Assembly (NCBI GenBank): GCA_964608605.1 | Contig: CAZSOS010000002.1 | Coordinates: 105,569 to 169,568 of the forward strand | Direction: 5' to 3' | Source of the DNA: an uncultured Candidatus Saccharibacteria bacterium | GTDB lineage: Bacteria > Patescibacteriota > Minisyncoccia > Phycocordibacterales > UBA918 | DNA length: 64,000 nt | Part shown: one piece after another, positions 63,988 through 64,000 of the stretch | How the letters are laid out: every line of letters starts with the position of its first letter | Numbering within the stretch: the first letter of the stretch is position 1 | Program-made: the position numbers and the translations under genes | The notes under the pieces: model-generated | The model's database searches: none | Told to the model about the DNA's origin: nothing | What the model saw: only the letters and a program-made list of their open reading frames with translations

Positions 63988-64000
63988 CAGGTAGAAAAGG

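Noticed and set aside
1-64000. CRISPR arrays, rRNA genes, transposase or IS elements
   Set aside because: I scanned for regularly spaced direct repeats and for DDE/transposase motifs and found none. The only repeats are terminator hairpins, the 27-bp acidic coding repeat and the GGNGG polyproline tract.

Overview
This 64 kb window is GC-rich (roughly 60%) and looks bacterial, with a CPR/Patescibacteria-like flavour: many secreted paralogs, type IV pilus genes, and weak or absent Shine-Dalgarno sequences. It carries a housekeeping backbone and, I think, the chromosomal origin. Housekeeping genes include rplK-nusG-secE, rplS, rpsT, tyrS, polA, holA, tsaE, ruvA, ruvB, ruvC, ruvX, yebC, pbp1A and murE-like. 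The origin region reads dnaN<-dnaA | rpmH-rnpA-yidC, with DnaA boxes between dnaA and dnaN. I found seven tRNAs (His, Leu, Val, Arg-TCT, Ser, Arg-GCG?, Lys) and several notable features, listed below.

- A class I ribonucleotide reductase in which the ATP-cone sits on the beta subunit while the alpha subunit has none.
- A membrane-anchored copper nitrite reductase (NirK) with a divergent ArsR regulator and a perfect 26-bp palindrome between them.
- A roughly 2 kb low-GC island around tRNA-Ser that carries an HNH endonuclease.
- A 26.7-43 kb accessory block of paralogous secreted and surface proteins:
  - Two proteins share a new C-terminal domain ending VLPD[VI]QET and flank an Lnt-like N-acyltransferase.
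  - Two paralogous membrane-anchored helical-repeat proteins flank ruvA.
  - Two giant paralogous secreted proteins (720 and about 1220 aa) share an unusual N-terminal leader and upstream DNA, and carry a lysozyme-like and an M15-like peptidoglycan-hydrolase domain respectively.
- The same GC-clamped terminator hairpin recurs at three loci with a near-identical core.

No CRISPR array, rRNA or classical IS element was seen. All functional calls come from motif recognition by eye; nothing was searched against a database.
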